Shown here: one piece after another, positions 37,705-51,365 of the stretch
Layout: each line of letters begins with the position of its first letter
How positions within the stretch are numbered: position 1 is the first letter of the stretch
NCBI GenBank assembly: GCA_964035545.1
Contig: OZ037769.1
Location: 7,793,929-7,857,928, forward strand
Origin: Bugula neritina
Lineage: Eukaryota > Animalia > Bryozoa
Reading direction: 5' to 3'
DNA: 64,000 nucleotides
The notes under the pieces: generated by a model
Told to the model about the DNA's origin: nothing
The model's database searches: none
What the model saw: the letters and a program-made list of their open reading frames with translations, nothing else
Made by a program: the position numbers and the translations under genes

Positions 37705-38919
37705 TTTAGTCAAACTTGAGAAGCTTGTAACACATTACACTGTTGATCAACTCTGAATTTAACGAGAGAGAGATTGTCAGCTATGAAATACCAAAACAAA
37801 CTAATATATCATAATTTTCAGGCATACCAAAATCATCCACCCACATGCTTCAGTGTATATCTTTTGTCTCAAGTGTCCCTCTTTGTCACAAGGAATTAGC
37901 TGGACTCGTTACAGTATCCTCAGTATATGTTACATGCGTGAGTAATTTTCATCAACAAGTCAATTAGCTATGAGTGAACCCATAATCAGAGAGGATACTA
38001 TATTATTTTGATTATTGCCCAGCCATCATACCTCATAGGCATATTATAAAGACTTACAGTGTATGTCATGTAGTACATTGTTACATTTTAATGCGGAAAG
38101 TTGCATAATAAATTTTTTATTGGCATGATCTTGCACAGGCAAATTAGTTAAAAAAATGATATTACTGTTGATCAAAATAGCATCTATTAGAAGCGTTTTT
38201 TGATCATATTATTTTAAGCTGTAAACGATATACTGGGCAGGGCTCTAAAATTTCTTGCAAGGTCAATAGTTCAGGTTTTTATATTAACATGTAGAACATA
38301 GTACAGCATTGAGAAATCTGTATGACTACTGATTGCATCTACAGGCTACAGCTATGACACCATGCATCTCAACCCTTTGCTCAACAGTTGAAAATATCAG
38401 CAATAAAACTCATTGAGAGGATAACTACCAGTTGTAGAGACGAGAACTGTCCACTATTTGATACCCTCAGAGTGCTACTTGTTGCACTGCAGTCTGCACT
38501 TTAGTTTAGGACTAGAGATAAAAGAATACATAACTGTACTTATTATTCTTTCATTGAATCTCAACAACTATGCAGAGCCCTTTTATTGAATCACAACAAC
38601 TATGCAGAGCTGGTAGATTAATCATAATTTATGAGCTATTCTTTATATATTTACAATGAAAACACAGCATAATATTATACAAGTTAATTATAAATATCTG
38701 AAAAATGTACGGAGAGTAAAAGAGTACAATAAGATATAAACTTGTTGCAAATCCAACATATTGTCACTTTATAAAGTAAAAAAATAGATGTTAAATATTT
38801 GAGAATTGAAGGATTTTGCTCTGTCTAGCAGTGATCTAGTGATACAGATATTGGTGCTTGGTCAGAACATCTATTGCAGTTTATATCAATTGCGGAGATG
38901 AGACATGAGGTTGCGAAGT

Positions 38920-40720
38920 TCATTTGACGGCGGAGTTAAAATACTCATCTTCTAGAAGGTAGAGGTCACTGGCCACCTGCAAACAGCCCAAATTAAACAC
39001 TAATATACAGCTTACACACCTGATACATCATATAGCATGCAATAAAAATGCAGGTGGGGATAACATCAAATTTAAAAACTAAAGTTCCGCTAGGGCCTAG
39101 ATGGAGCTGACTGGCCCACATTCAGTGTAAAACAGTGCAAGAAGATTGTTTGTGTTGCCTGCCGAATGTAAAAATTACCTCTATTATTTGAGACATGCAA
39201 AAAATTGTAACCGTGAAATATAATGACTAACATGATTATGGCACGTATTACAGTCGAATCATTTGTTATTAAAAACCTACCACAGAAAGTCAATCAAGAA
39301 AAACTAAAAGTATCATCAGTATTTTCAATAACTTGATAGTAAACTAAGTTTGCTAATTTGTAACTCAATAAAAATACAACTTGGCAATTGCTTTCTACGA
39401 CACGGCACACTCCATAAACAAGGTTTAGCATGTATTCTTAATAGAGCGTGCATTCTTGCTAAATCAACTAAATTACTACCCAAAATCCTGCTTTGTGGAG
39501 CAGGCAAAGCTTACATTCAAATAAATATATCAAACATGCAAGAACATAACACACAACAAACTTTAACTTGGGTATTGCAATGACATTTAGCACCAGCTAA
39601 CAAATACATAACTGAAACTGTACTTGAAGATGTCAACATTATTACTCTCATTACGTTTAGCTTGCTGTGAGATAGACAGTGAGGGAACATCAGACATTAA
39701 AAGCAATATAACACAAAACAAACCTCATCTCTTAAAGCCATAATTTTTCTATCATTTTCCTCTTCGTTACTTTTATACTTCATTCTACTGCTTTCTACTG
39801 AGTCTCCAATAGCTGAGAAGTCGTTGAGGATGAGGAATTGCTTGAGATCCGACACCAGTTTCATGAGGGAGTCACCAGCCCGTACCTACCACAGAAGGAC
39901 ATACTAGGAAATAGGCTACTCATCTCATAATAATACAGAACCTCTAATACAGTCTGCTGAGTTGAGAAACTTTCATAAAGACTCACCACATTGGCAGCTC
40001 TGACAGATATCTCATAGTTGACCTGCTCACCTTCTGTAGTCTGTCTAGTCTGACTGCTATCTGTAACCTGAGATACACACAGCAGGTAAATCAACAACCT
40101 ATAGCCTGCAGTTCAATGTCAATCATCTAAATACATTGGATATGTTACACAACCACCTAATTTTATATGCCCTACCCACCTGTTATACATGATGATTCAT
40201 ATAGGCATGTCATGTATTTATATAATATCATATACACGTATATAATATATGTATATTATGCATATTGTGTAGTTTATAGCCACTATTCCTGTGAGAACCC
40301 CTGGTGGAAAGGCTTTTTTTAAAGCAAGTCAATGACTTAATTCATATAAGACACCGAAGCAATTATGCCTGGATGCTCTTCCTAACATCACCAATGGCCT
40401 TTACTGGGGTTCGAACCCATGACTTCGTGCTTACTAAGCAAACACTTTAACCCCTAGGCCACGGCTGCTCCCTATAGTATTGCTATAAAGGCATTGGTAA
40501 GTTTTACAGCATGTCACCAGTACAGTGAAAAATATTTATTATGAATCGTATACAATACGCCCAACAAACTAACACAGGTTACCTTAGCTTGCCTAATAAT
40601 TTCAGTAAAATTGTCCAACATGGAAGAGATGTTATCCTTTACTTGCTTTTCATATGATTTAAGTTGTGCTTCTTTACTTTCTGTTAGCTTGGTCTCTTTC
40701 TTTGAGGAAGTTGATGCCAT
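38920..40720 (-). CDS. MED22: Mediator subunit 22, 4 coding exons
   Basis: SKEAQLKSYEKQVKDNISSMLDNFTEII; YEISVRAANV|VRAGDSLMKLVSDLKQFLILNDF; LRDE|VASDLYLLEDEYFNS. Confidence 0.95.
40265..40472 (-). mobile_element. SINE, same family, in a MED22 intron
   Basis: Reverse complement reads GGGAGCAGCCGTGGCCTAGGGGTTA..GGTTCGAACC..TGGTGATGTTAGGAAGAGCATCCAGGCATAA. Confidence 0.8.
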
Positions 40721-41395
40721 TATTTATCTAAAGAAATAATAAATATCACTTGTATTCATAAATTCATCTAAAAAGAGAAAAACAAAAGTTAAACAACTTT
40801 TATTATACTCGAGTGAGTTTCTAATCTTACAGCGTGTTTTGACTGCACATGTACTTGCTGTAAGTATTTGAGTAATGCTAACAAAAATTATTATTTCTTA
40901 AATGTAAAATTTGAAAAAAAACTACAGAGTGTAAAAGCAGAATAAATTGTTTTGAAAATGAGTTTGACTCACGTTACCCTAACCAGAATTACTATGTTTA
41001 CTAAATTTTATAAATTTTGCAAGTAAATAAACAATGACTAGAATGTATATTCATTTCAAACAATAAGCATTAAGTATTTATAAAGAATAGTAGTAAATAT
41101 TACAATATAAATAATCAAATTTTATTTGTGTAACATGGAATTTGCGAAATTAATATTCCTATAGTCATATCTTAATGCTTAGTTAGCACATTTGTAGTTA
41201 ATTATTAAACTAGTATATACTAAATAACAGTGTCATTAACTAAGCATTGCATTTAGTTTTACATTACCAAACTGTCATTTTAAGTCATAGCGAGTTGTTT
41301 TACACTTACAGTTAGTTTCAATTTATTTATTATTAAATTTAATGATTTAATCTCATATGAGTATAAATTAATTTTAGTTCTTTTTAGTTCAATAT

Positions 41396-41777
41396 TGTAA
41401 TAATTCTTAGAACTATTATATTCTGATGGGTTCGTGCGTGTTTTTGATTAGTGCATTTGCCACAGTTATATAATGCACTAGAGACTACACTTGGTTTGCC
41501 GTGAGAAAAAGGATAACTGTATTGAGTAGATTGATAATATAAAAGAAGTTACATCAGTAGACTAGGTAGGTACGTCAAGTTATATTTTAGTATATATCAA
41601 CAGTCTGCTCTCTATCAGGTTCGCTCTCTATCTGTCTCCGGAAGCATTCGCTTCGTAGGGGGTCATCACGTGCCCGCATATGATTGGAGGTTCGTATACC
41701 AGCCGTATTGTCCCTCCGCATTCCAAACGGGAGGTTATAGAACGAACGCCATAACTACACTTCTACTAGCCATTACA
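41396..41777. mobile_element. Solo LTR with ATAT TSD
   Basis: TGTAAT...ATTACA termini; ATAT at 41392-41395 and 41778-41781; GC-richer than its flanks. Confidence 0.75.
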
Positions 41778-42772
41778 ATATCACCATCAGTATCACAGTA
41801 TCACTATGACTTAAAGTTAATTTTATAACTCACTCTTAGGACGATGAGTATCACACTCTTTACCAGTTTAAGTTTCAGTTTAGACAACTATTATACTTAT
41901 ATTTATAGTATTATCATAACTAAATTATAATAACAAATACAATAAAAATTATAATTGATAAATTATATTTATAATTATATTTATTTAGTTTCCCACAATT
42001 ACAAAGCTCAGGCTGTTCAACGAGATCAACTTCAAATAACAAATATTAAAATTACATCTAATTCTACTGATTCAGTTATTTACTGTGAGACTGAGTCCAC
42101 GACTCTCACTCTGAGTGTCAGTGTGCCAGTCTTAGTCTCAGTTTGAGAGTGAGTCTTACAAAAATAATTATAATCATAATGATAATGAATCACTTATTTT
42201 TAAATGACTAAACGTAAAACTAAAAGTAAATAACTATTACTATAAGTATAAGTATAAGTTATAGTATCAGTATAAGAAAAACTGAATAACTTAGTTTTAT
42301 AATAATATTTGTAACTAATGAGTAATCTGTAATGACTATCACTATGAGTACTATGAGTGAATGACAGTATCAGTATGAGTATCATGTATGACTATCACTA
42401 TGAGTATGAGTAAAAAATTCTAAACGTTTCCAGAAAATTGATGTAAAAAATTCCATTCCAACCAATCTTTAATCATAATACTTGAATATTAAATTTTATT
42501 ACTATTAGTAATATAACAATAATTATTTATTAAGTACTACAATACAAGTATAAGTTATATACAACTAAAACATTACCTATTACCAAATAAATTAACGGCA
42601 AGCTTCCACAATAATAAATTTTATAGCCAGGTCGCTACTTGTTCTTAACCAGTCTTTTAGGAATTGAGAGCACAAAACGCATGCCATTCAATACACACCC
42701 GTTAATTCACTTACATTCACTAAGCAGTGTACAGCGAACCCACGCCTTTTCTTTAACAATTTTAAATAAATC

Positions 42773-42897
42773 TATAAGCAGCTCCGAGTTTGGGGTTACT
42801 GAGTGCAGTAGGTTGCGATTTACTCAAGTCCCTAACTCCAAACTCAAGAACTCCAAACTACTGCACTCAGTCAACCCCAAACTCGGAGCTGCTTATA
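42773..42897. mobile_element. Small MITE-like inverted repeat with arms of about 40 bp
   Basis: TATAAGCAGCTCCGAGTTTGGGGTT-ACTGAGTGCAGTAG versus CTACTGCACTCAGTCAACCCCAAACTCGGAGCTGCTTATA. Confidence 0.75.
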
Positions 42898-44178
42898 AAT
42901 TTATAGATATAGATGTAGAACTATTCAACAACATTTGCACTATGAAGAAAAAGATTCTAATGCTAATAGACTTGATACTGATAGTCAATCATCAATGTCA
43001 ATCATAGTGACTAATCACTAAGTGATACTGATAGTGATAATGATAGTGGTTGTAATAGTAATACTGATAGTTATGGGCATAGCAATACTAATAGTAATAG
43101 TAATGCCAATAGTAATTCTGTGTACTCAGAGTCAGTGTGACAAAGTTTTAAACTAAAACTGGGTTTGTTAACTTTAATTTAAATTATTATTAATATTAAA
43201 TTTAATTAATATTATTCTAAAATTATCAAAATTGTCATTTGATAGTTTTTATTCAATAGTTGGTAATACTAATAACCAATAAGATTAACTATAATTAAGT
43301 ATAACTATAACTTAAACTATCACTATGATACTGACTATGACCATGACTATAAGTATGTCTATTACTATTACTATTAGTATTAGTATTATTATTACTGTAT
43401 TAGTATTGCCATACTTATAATACTAATAGTATAAGTATAATTATAAGTAGAAGACTTAGTTGCTGTGAAAAGCAAAGCATCCAACAAATTTTATTAACAT
43501 TTTACAGTTCTAAACTAAACAGGCCAGTTTACAGTACAGTTACAATAACAGTTTTAGTTGCAATAAAACTAAGTGAAAATCAGTATGGGTTTGTCAATGT
43601 GTGAATGTTGTAGTTTATTGTCTACTGTAATTTCATACGTATAGGCTATAAGTATAAATATGACTATACGTTAATGTTTGAATACTAACTTACTTATTAT
43701 ACTTATAGTATAATAACTACAAGTATAACAATAAGTTTAATTATAAGACTAAGTTATCGTTTATCATATTGAAGTGTAGATTGTTATAATTTAATGGTTA
43801 ATATTTAATATATGATGCAAAGCGAAAACCATAATTTAATATGCCCCCCCCTCCATTGGCTAATGCGAGTAATTTTCCAAGCATTATTCTTAACTGGCTA
43901 TTACTGAGCTGTCTACATGTTTTTCTAGCTCCATGCTATTGCTTGGCGTTATTATTATTCATCTAATAATGGCTATTGACACTTACATCTTTTTGTATTT
44001 TAATAATGTCTTTCAGCATTATGTTATGTTCCTGTAATTCCTCCTATAATCTATTACCATTGAAAGTCCATATAACCTATTTGATTGTTTTGTTGTAAGT
44101 AGTTAATATTGTGAACAGTATTTCTACTGGTTTATACAGTTGCGTTCCGATCAACATACTTGTTTAATTGTAGAACTA

Positions 44179-47150
44179 ATGTCAAGTAAAGACTCTGATA
44201 GTCAAACCAAAGCTCAGGCTGACACAGATCCTAATGAAACTTTAGGTTATGACTTTTTCCCAGCTCGGGCAGGACATCTCGAAACGTAAAGAAACTTATT
44301 ATTGATGTACTTCTAAAGCTAGATACCAAAGTGATTCAGAAAAAAGCTTGTTTATATTAAATTATATGCTGTTATAGGGATAACTCTTTTACATATACTT
44401 GGTGGGAAAACTATTATACGATGGCTATTGCGTTCATCATAACTAACAGTTGCTAAAGGGTATGGATTTTATAATAATTTGTTGAAATCTGTATATTTTG
44501 AACCTGACTTTGTCTACCAGCTTTGTGTAGCAGTACCACTATGCCAATACCTACTGTCATAGAACCTGCAGTATTAAATTTAAACTAATTATCAATTATG
44601 CACTAGTGCAAACCCATTTATTAAACTAAGATATTATTGGTTATCTTTTTACAGTGACCCTGAGAAGGAGAAACACTGGTATGGAAAATTTTGGAGTTTC
44701 ATCCGAACTGAGCAGAAGAAAGATTTTGTGGATGCACTGAAATGTCAGCACAGAGTCATTAGATGTTTTGAGGAAAGTAAGCACTTTATGCTATATACTA
44801 TATACACTATAGTCTATACTATACTATATGTACTATAGTCTATACTATACTATATATACTATACTATATACACTATACTATATACAATATACTATATACT
44901 ATACTATATATATTATACTATATACACTATACTATATACTATACTATATATACTATACTATATATACTATACTACGAGTATATACACTATACTATATACT
45001 ATACTATATATACTATAGTCTATACTATACTATATATACTATACTATATACACTATACTATATATACTATACTACGAGTATATATACTATATACTATACT
45101 ATATATACTATAGTCTATACTATACTATATACACTATACTATATATACTATACTATACTATATATATATTATGCTATATATACTCGGTTATGTATGCTAT
45201 GCTATATATACTCTGCTATATATACTATACTATATACACTATATACTATACTAGACTATACTTCATTTATATATGTTTTGGTTGTACTGAATACTATAGA
45301 AAGTATATAACTGTTGTTTCTCCTTCATTGGTGTAACCTGAAAGCCTCCTCTGGAGTTGTCAGTACTTGTCATTAGCAATTGATAATATGCTGTTGCTCA
45401 ACAAACTGATCATATTAGTGTTTGTGATGTGTTGCAGATTTAATGGTGAGGCTGTTACTAGGAGCTCTTAAGTCAAAAGGCTGGTGAGTTTCTGTAGTTT
45501 GAAAGTTTTAGTATTTGTGATATTTCATATGTGTGGGATATTACATATTATATGCGTGTTACATGTGTGACGATTATACATGAGTGTATGCTTGCTTGTA
45601 TGAAGATGTGCATGTGTGTAACGTTAACTGAGATCTAACCATCACTGTTTACAATACATTAGGATATTATACATACATATGCACACATAAATATAATAAT
45701 AAACACGTATATGTTATTTAATCTTAATCTTTTGCATGTACCTGTTCTAGAAGGAATCATTGTCATTAGAATGAATTATTGTAATTATACTGCTTAGCAT
45801 GTTATTGATTAGTATTGATTTTGAATAGTTCAAACCTTGCTCAATAAATAGTTTCTGGATAAACACGATACTTGCAAGAAATCATTGATGACATCATCAT
45901 TTATGTCTCTTTTTCTGGAATGTTTGTAGTGAAGTGAAATTAAGCCGACATGTCTCGTGCGAATCTTGTGAGTCATTCACAAATGGCGGATATGACAGTA
46001 TCAACAAACAGGTAATAGCAGGTGATATTTTGCTTACATAGAGTAGGTGATGGTTCTATAAAACAGTTACTATTTTTTATTATTGTCAAGGGAGATTTTA
46101 TTTGTCTTTTTGCCTTTTTAGATAGTGATTTGTTCCAACAATACAAAGAAAAATAACACCGTGTGTAATGTACTTTCTCACGAGCTCATTCATGCATTTG
46201 ATGACTGCAGGGCAAAAATGGACCTCTCTAATATTGAACACCTCGCCTGTACTGAGGTAATTATACTTTTTCTGAGTGGCCCTTGAAATTCCAATGAAGC
46301 CCAGCTGTATTTTAATTATCTAGTTATTTCAAAAAGATGATAGTACTCGATTTCTTAATAAGTTAGTCTCACTGTACCTGAGACTGGATGACGTAGTGTC
46401 TTCTCAATCAGATGGAAAGTGACTTGTAAACTTGTTCTTTCCTGTTTAGTGTTTGTATTTTTAGATTCGGGCAGCAAACCTGATGCACTGTACTAAGATG
46501 ACAGCGATGTCTGAGGGGTTCGCTAACTTGTGGGGTAAAAGTCAGCAACAGGTATTTGGTTTATTACTCTAACTGCTGCACTTCGTTTTTAAACTGTAGT
46601 TATAAATTGCTGTACAGATATTTCAAATATACCCATGTCTAATTACCATGTGATGAAATACGAGCACTCTCATTTTGCAGTTGTGTTTCTCAAAAGCAGA
46701 TGATAGTTTTCTTGCACACTGATGCTGGGTACAAGTAATATGTTGGCAGTCACTTCACATCTCCCATTGCCTTCGTTTTTTAAAATTTTGCATTTTTGCC
46801 AATTATTTTAATGATTATTGTGTTTCTGGTGTGTACACGTATTCAAATATATAATTTTTATGAGTCTTTTAAGCTCCAACTACATTATCCCAGAACATAC
46901 TCATACACACTGATTACTGAGTATGTGGTTGTAGGAGTGTGTAAGATGGAAGGCGAGGAACTCAATTCTAGCAGTAAGAAATGTGAGTAAAGAAGAAGCA
47001 GAAGACGCTGTAGACAGAGTGTTTGATAGATGTTACCCTGACTTAGAGCCTGTGGGACGTATACCTAGAAACCCTTATCTAGATGGTAGAAGACTATATG
47101 TAGAAGCCTCTTTGTATGGATATACAGAACCCCCTGTTGTTAACACCTAG
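44179..47150 (+). CDS. ATP23: Mitochondrial inner membrane protease ATP23 homolog, 7 coding exons
   Basis: [14 protein letters not shown]; [12 protein letters not shown]; [27 protein letters not shown]|IRAANLMHC; [18 protein letters not shown]. The exons join in frame. Confidence 0.95.
44790..45260. repeat. (TATAC)n-type simple repeat in an ATP23 intron
   Basis: Degenerate TATAC/TATATAC tandem. Confidence 0.95.
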
Positions 47151-48362
47151 TCTTAATAAATATTATATCCATGAAGTTTATAATTCAAGCAATTGAATGG
47201 ACTGCATACCTTGAATCTTATAGGTCAATGCTCTGAGCAGCTCTAAATTGACTATAGTTTTATACACATTGAAAAAAAGATGCCTTTTTGTTCAATTTTT
47301 CAATTGGTGTTTATATTTGAATTTTTAATGAACTTTTGTTTGATGTAGTGTTTGTTACATTGATACTAGAATTGAATATCTACTAGCTGTTCTCTTCTAT
47401 GCTTTATCTTAGTGCTGTTGGGTGATGAGTTATTACAGGAATGACTTTTAATAGAATTTTTATGTAAATTACATAATTTGGTAAGAATTGTGAATGCAAT
47501 GTGGTGCTTTAAATAAAATTCAACTAGAATGTCTAAGGAGTGTGATGGGCTGTGATTGATTACTTTGATCATAAACCCAAATTTCTGGGTTAAGATTATG
47601 TAGACATTAGAATAAACAGTAAATAAACATTAATTTCGCCAACCAACAAAAAGCACACTCTTTTCCTTGGCATAATTAATTTTGTTGGTTTGATTTTTAC
47701 TCCAGTGACTTTATGAGTATTTTTCATGCTATTTTGAAGAACAACTTGTAGCAAAACTGACTTTTCTTCTTTAATCAATGACCACTCTAAAAAATGCTAT
47801 AGCACTTTTGTATGGCTACACGCACATACATACTGTACTTTCTGAAATCTAAAAGATTGTGTGTTATTGTTTTATCTAACTCAAACCAATCAAAATGGAC
47901 ATGCTCCGCAGTATAACATTGAGATACCAACAAGAGAGATCAGCAACATTCATCCTGTAAATTGTTTACGTGTAAATGACACAATAAATGAAGGTGGGAA
48001 AAGGCACCAGATTGAATTTGGCACCATAAATGGTAACAACAATAACTTTTTGCTAATAGTTGGAATCGGGACTTTCAAAATGACCATAATAAATGGTGCA
48101 AGTATCAGCAGACTGCTGTTCGAGTTGTCTTTTCATTGTTTTTGTAGGCTGATAGACGCAATCAACTCGATATTGAACAATAGTTAACGATTTGTAAAAG
48201 GACAAAATAGTATCGCACTATGCATGACGACTTTCAACAGAAACCGAAACCTACTAAACCGCGAGCGGTTGCTCTTCGTCAAAGCATTACCACATACAGA
48301 TTTTTGAATTTGTTCAGATACTAACGTGCAACGTACAAAAAAAGAGAATTCTAATTACCAAA

Positions 48363-51322
48363 ATGTTTAAATTAAGGCTGTGTTTTACTCCTAGCATATT
48401 GAGCTTGGTAGTGATGTTGTTATCAACACCCTTACCATCACTTTTTAGTTTTACCTTGAAAAACCCAACTCGAACTGCTCCAAAACCAAGTAATCCCGTC
48501 ATTATGAGTGAGTAAAAGTATTTGTATTACCCTTACTATTTACTGTTAGTTTTACTATCCTTATTGGTAAATTTCACAAACGAGAACAAGACTGTCAGTT
48601 ACACTGTGTCTATCTGTAAGACTACGTGTAAGTCACCAACTCTAAGACTAAGAGTGTGTGAATCCGAATGAGAGTGTCAATCAGTATCGCAATGATATTA
48701 ACAATGTGTTCAACTTAATTCATAATTGTACGGATAAAAATAACTGTAAGTCAGTAAATTTAAGTATCAACTGATTTACTAGCAGTAACAGTGATTCAAC
48801 TAAATTACTACCCATACATAATCATTACATACCGTAGCTATAATTTGTTTTCCAAAGTTTGCTAAAGGTAAAACTGGAAAATATGAGACTGAGCAAAACT
48901 GAGGACTGAATTTTCAGCGATGAATTTAAATTTCTGACAAAAGTTCATGTTGATGGTTGTTTATGTAATACATTTATAAAATGATGAAAAGGTGTTGCAA
49001 AACAAAATTTCAGTTTCTTATTTAATATTTTCTCATATATTACAGTTCCTGGAGATGGCGGGAGTCAACTAATGGCTAAGTTAAACAAAACGACCGTTGT
49101 TCACTTTCTATGCACTTGCACGACAGATTACTACTTCACCTTATGGCTAAACTTAGAGTTACTCACTCCATATTTTATAGATTGTACAGTTGACAACTTA
49201 CGGTAAGAATTTTAGATATCTATATAAAGCTGTCCGAACAGGACAGAACGGGATAGTTGAGAATAGGATAGAGCTTTGTATATCTGGACATGCAACAATA
49301 TTATAAATAAATCCTCAGTTTGTGTAAATTTTAATTGTTACCTTTTGCTGTTGAATGACATTTACCAAGTGTCTGATGTTCTTTATCAGCCTGTCACAAT
49401 GCACAAATTTCTTAATTCTTATTATACAAAATACATGTTACATGTCTCAGCTCTTTTAAAGTAGGGCTGCCTTTTTCCACTATATTTTTCTCATGAAAGG
49501 AAATTGCCAAGCCGATATTTATTTACTGATAATTTATTGAATATGCTGAAAAATATGCTATAAATTTAATTTGGTTAAATCTATGCAACTTCTTTCTAAG
49601 GTGCATTTGAGGTGTAGTTCTGTCATTTCTACAGATTTGTACCCTCTTATCTATTGTTTTCAAAAAAATAGAGTCCTGGGCAGTTCCTGTAGTTTAAAGT
49701 TCAGCTTTTTTGTTATCAGGTTGTAGCAGTGAGTCTTTAAGGTTTGGAACTGACAAGTTTCTACAAATGGTGACCTGTAGTTTGCTAATAGATTAATATG
49801 GCTCTCTTCTGTTCTTCTGTCCTACCTGAACTGTTTACTCAGATCCTTGACTAGATACTTGAAATAATTGATAACAAGCTGAACTCTTATAAGCAACACA
49901 TACTCTTAGTGACTTACACTTACAGATAGAGTGTCTGTTTTGGTCGGTAACTAAATAATTCTGCTAATATCTAAATCATACTAACTTTTGTAATTGAATA
50001 GATTAGTTTACAATCCTGCAAGCAAAAAGACGTCAAATAGTCCCGGAGTAAAGACTGCATTTCCTCAGTTTGGTGATCCAGATGGTGTGGAGTTCCTTGA
50101 CCCCAGTGAAATCTTTGTGTGTAAGTGTTATTGAAGCCTCATTCATACTTTATGTAATTGTCAACTAACATCCTCATAGGTAGAGTTTATAGTCAGTGTT
50201 TTAGACCTGTTATTTACTGTTAATTGCCACATGACACAGTCTGTAAGATTTAAGTTCTCTCATTGCTATGAATTTCAATCAGCTAAAGCTCAATTTTATG
50301 AATTTCCAAATGAAATCTTTGTTACTGCTAGAAGGTTACTCCATGCAGCTATTGCTGAAAGTTGACCTGAACATAACTAGAGCCAAATTTACCCCCTTTA
50401 GTATTTACAGTTTTAGGACAAAATTTCAAACTCAACTGTGATAATCTTGTAAACAATAAAACACCTACAGTATTATCCTTATGGAACAAACCAACATATT
50501 TTCTTTGGGTAACCATGGCTACATCAAGGGCATGAGTTAATCAGAGGCTTCAGGAGTTCCCAATTATATTTACCTTCTTAAATTCTAGACTATAATACAA
50601 ACAGTACGGTTAAGAGGCAAGTAGCAGCTTGTTGAGCACGTATAGGGAACAATATTGTTGGTGCCTTTTTTACCAAGTGCTTTGTACATATGAGATGTGG
50701 TGCTCAACTGTACATGTATTCATTTATATTGCTATCTGATAATTAACTTGCTTCTGCTGTTCTATTTGCTGCCGCAATGCGATATTCTTACTGCTGCTTG
50801 TACATTGTATGGGACTCCATGTCTCCCATAGATTATAAGAGAATAGTATCTCTGTGTGTGTTCACAACTATAATCTATAAGTTGTAGTAATATCTGGTGC
50901 TCCCTGTCATTGATTTGACCAATTTTGATTAATTGGCATTCAACATTTCTGACAGTCTTATCTGTTTTTCCAGCCTCCTATTACGCACCTCTGGGCGAGG
51001 CACTCAGAGCCGCTGGCTACGAGAATAACAAGAATCTGTTTGGAACTGCTTTTGACTTCAGGAAGGCTCCAGGTAAGTTTATCTCACCTCAAGGTGGGTT
51101 TATCCCACCTCCAGGGGGTTTATCTCGCCTCCAAACTGGTATCCAAAGCATGACCTGTTCATTAAGAATTATAATTGATTCAGATTCTCTGTTCACCACT
51201 TCCCATGTGTTGTGGTTAGTTGGTTATGCAGCTTTGATATCTCCTCTCCTGTCAGTCAGTCACTCAGTCAGTCAGTCAGTCAGTCAGTCAGTTACTCAGT
51301 CAGTTACTCACTCAGTCAGTCA

Positions 51323-51365
<43 letters not shown>

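Noticed and set aside
44828-45310. 160-aa Tyr/Ile/Thr-rich ORF
   Set aside because: Translation of a (TATAC)n simple repeat inside an ATP23 intron
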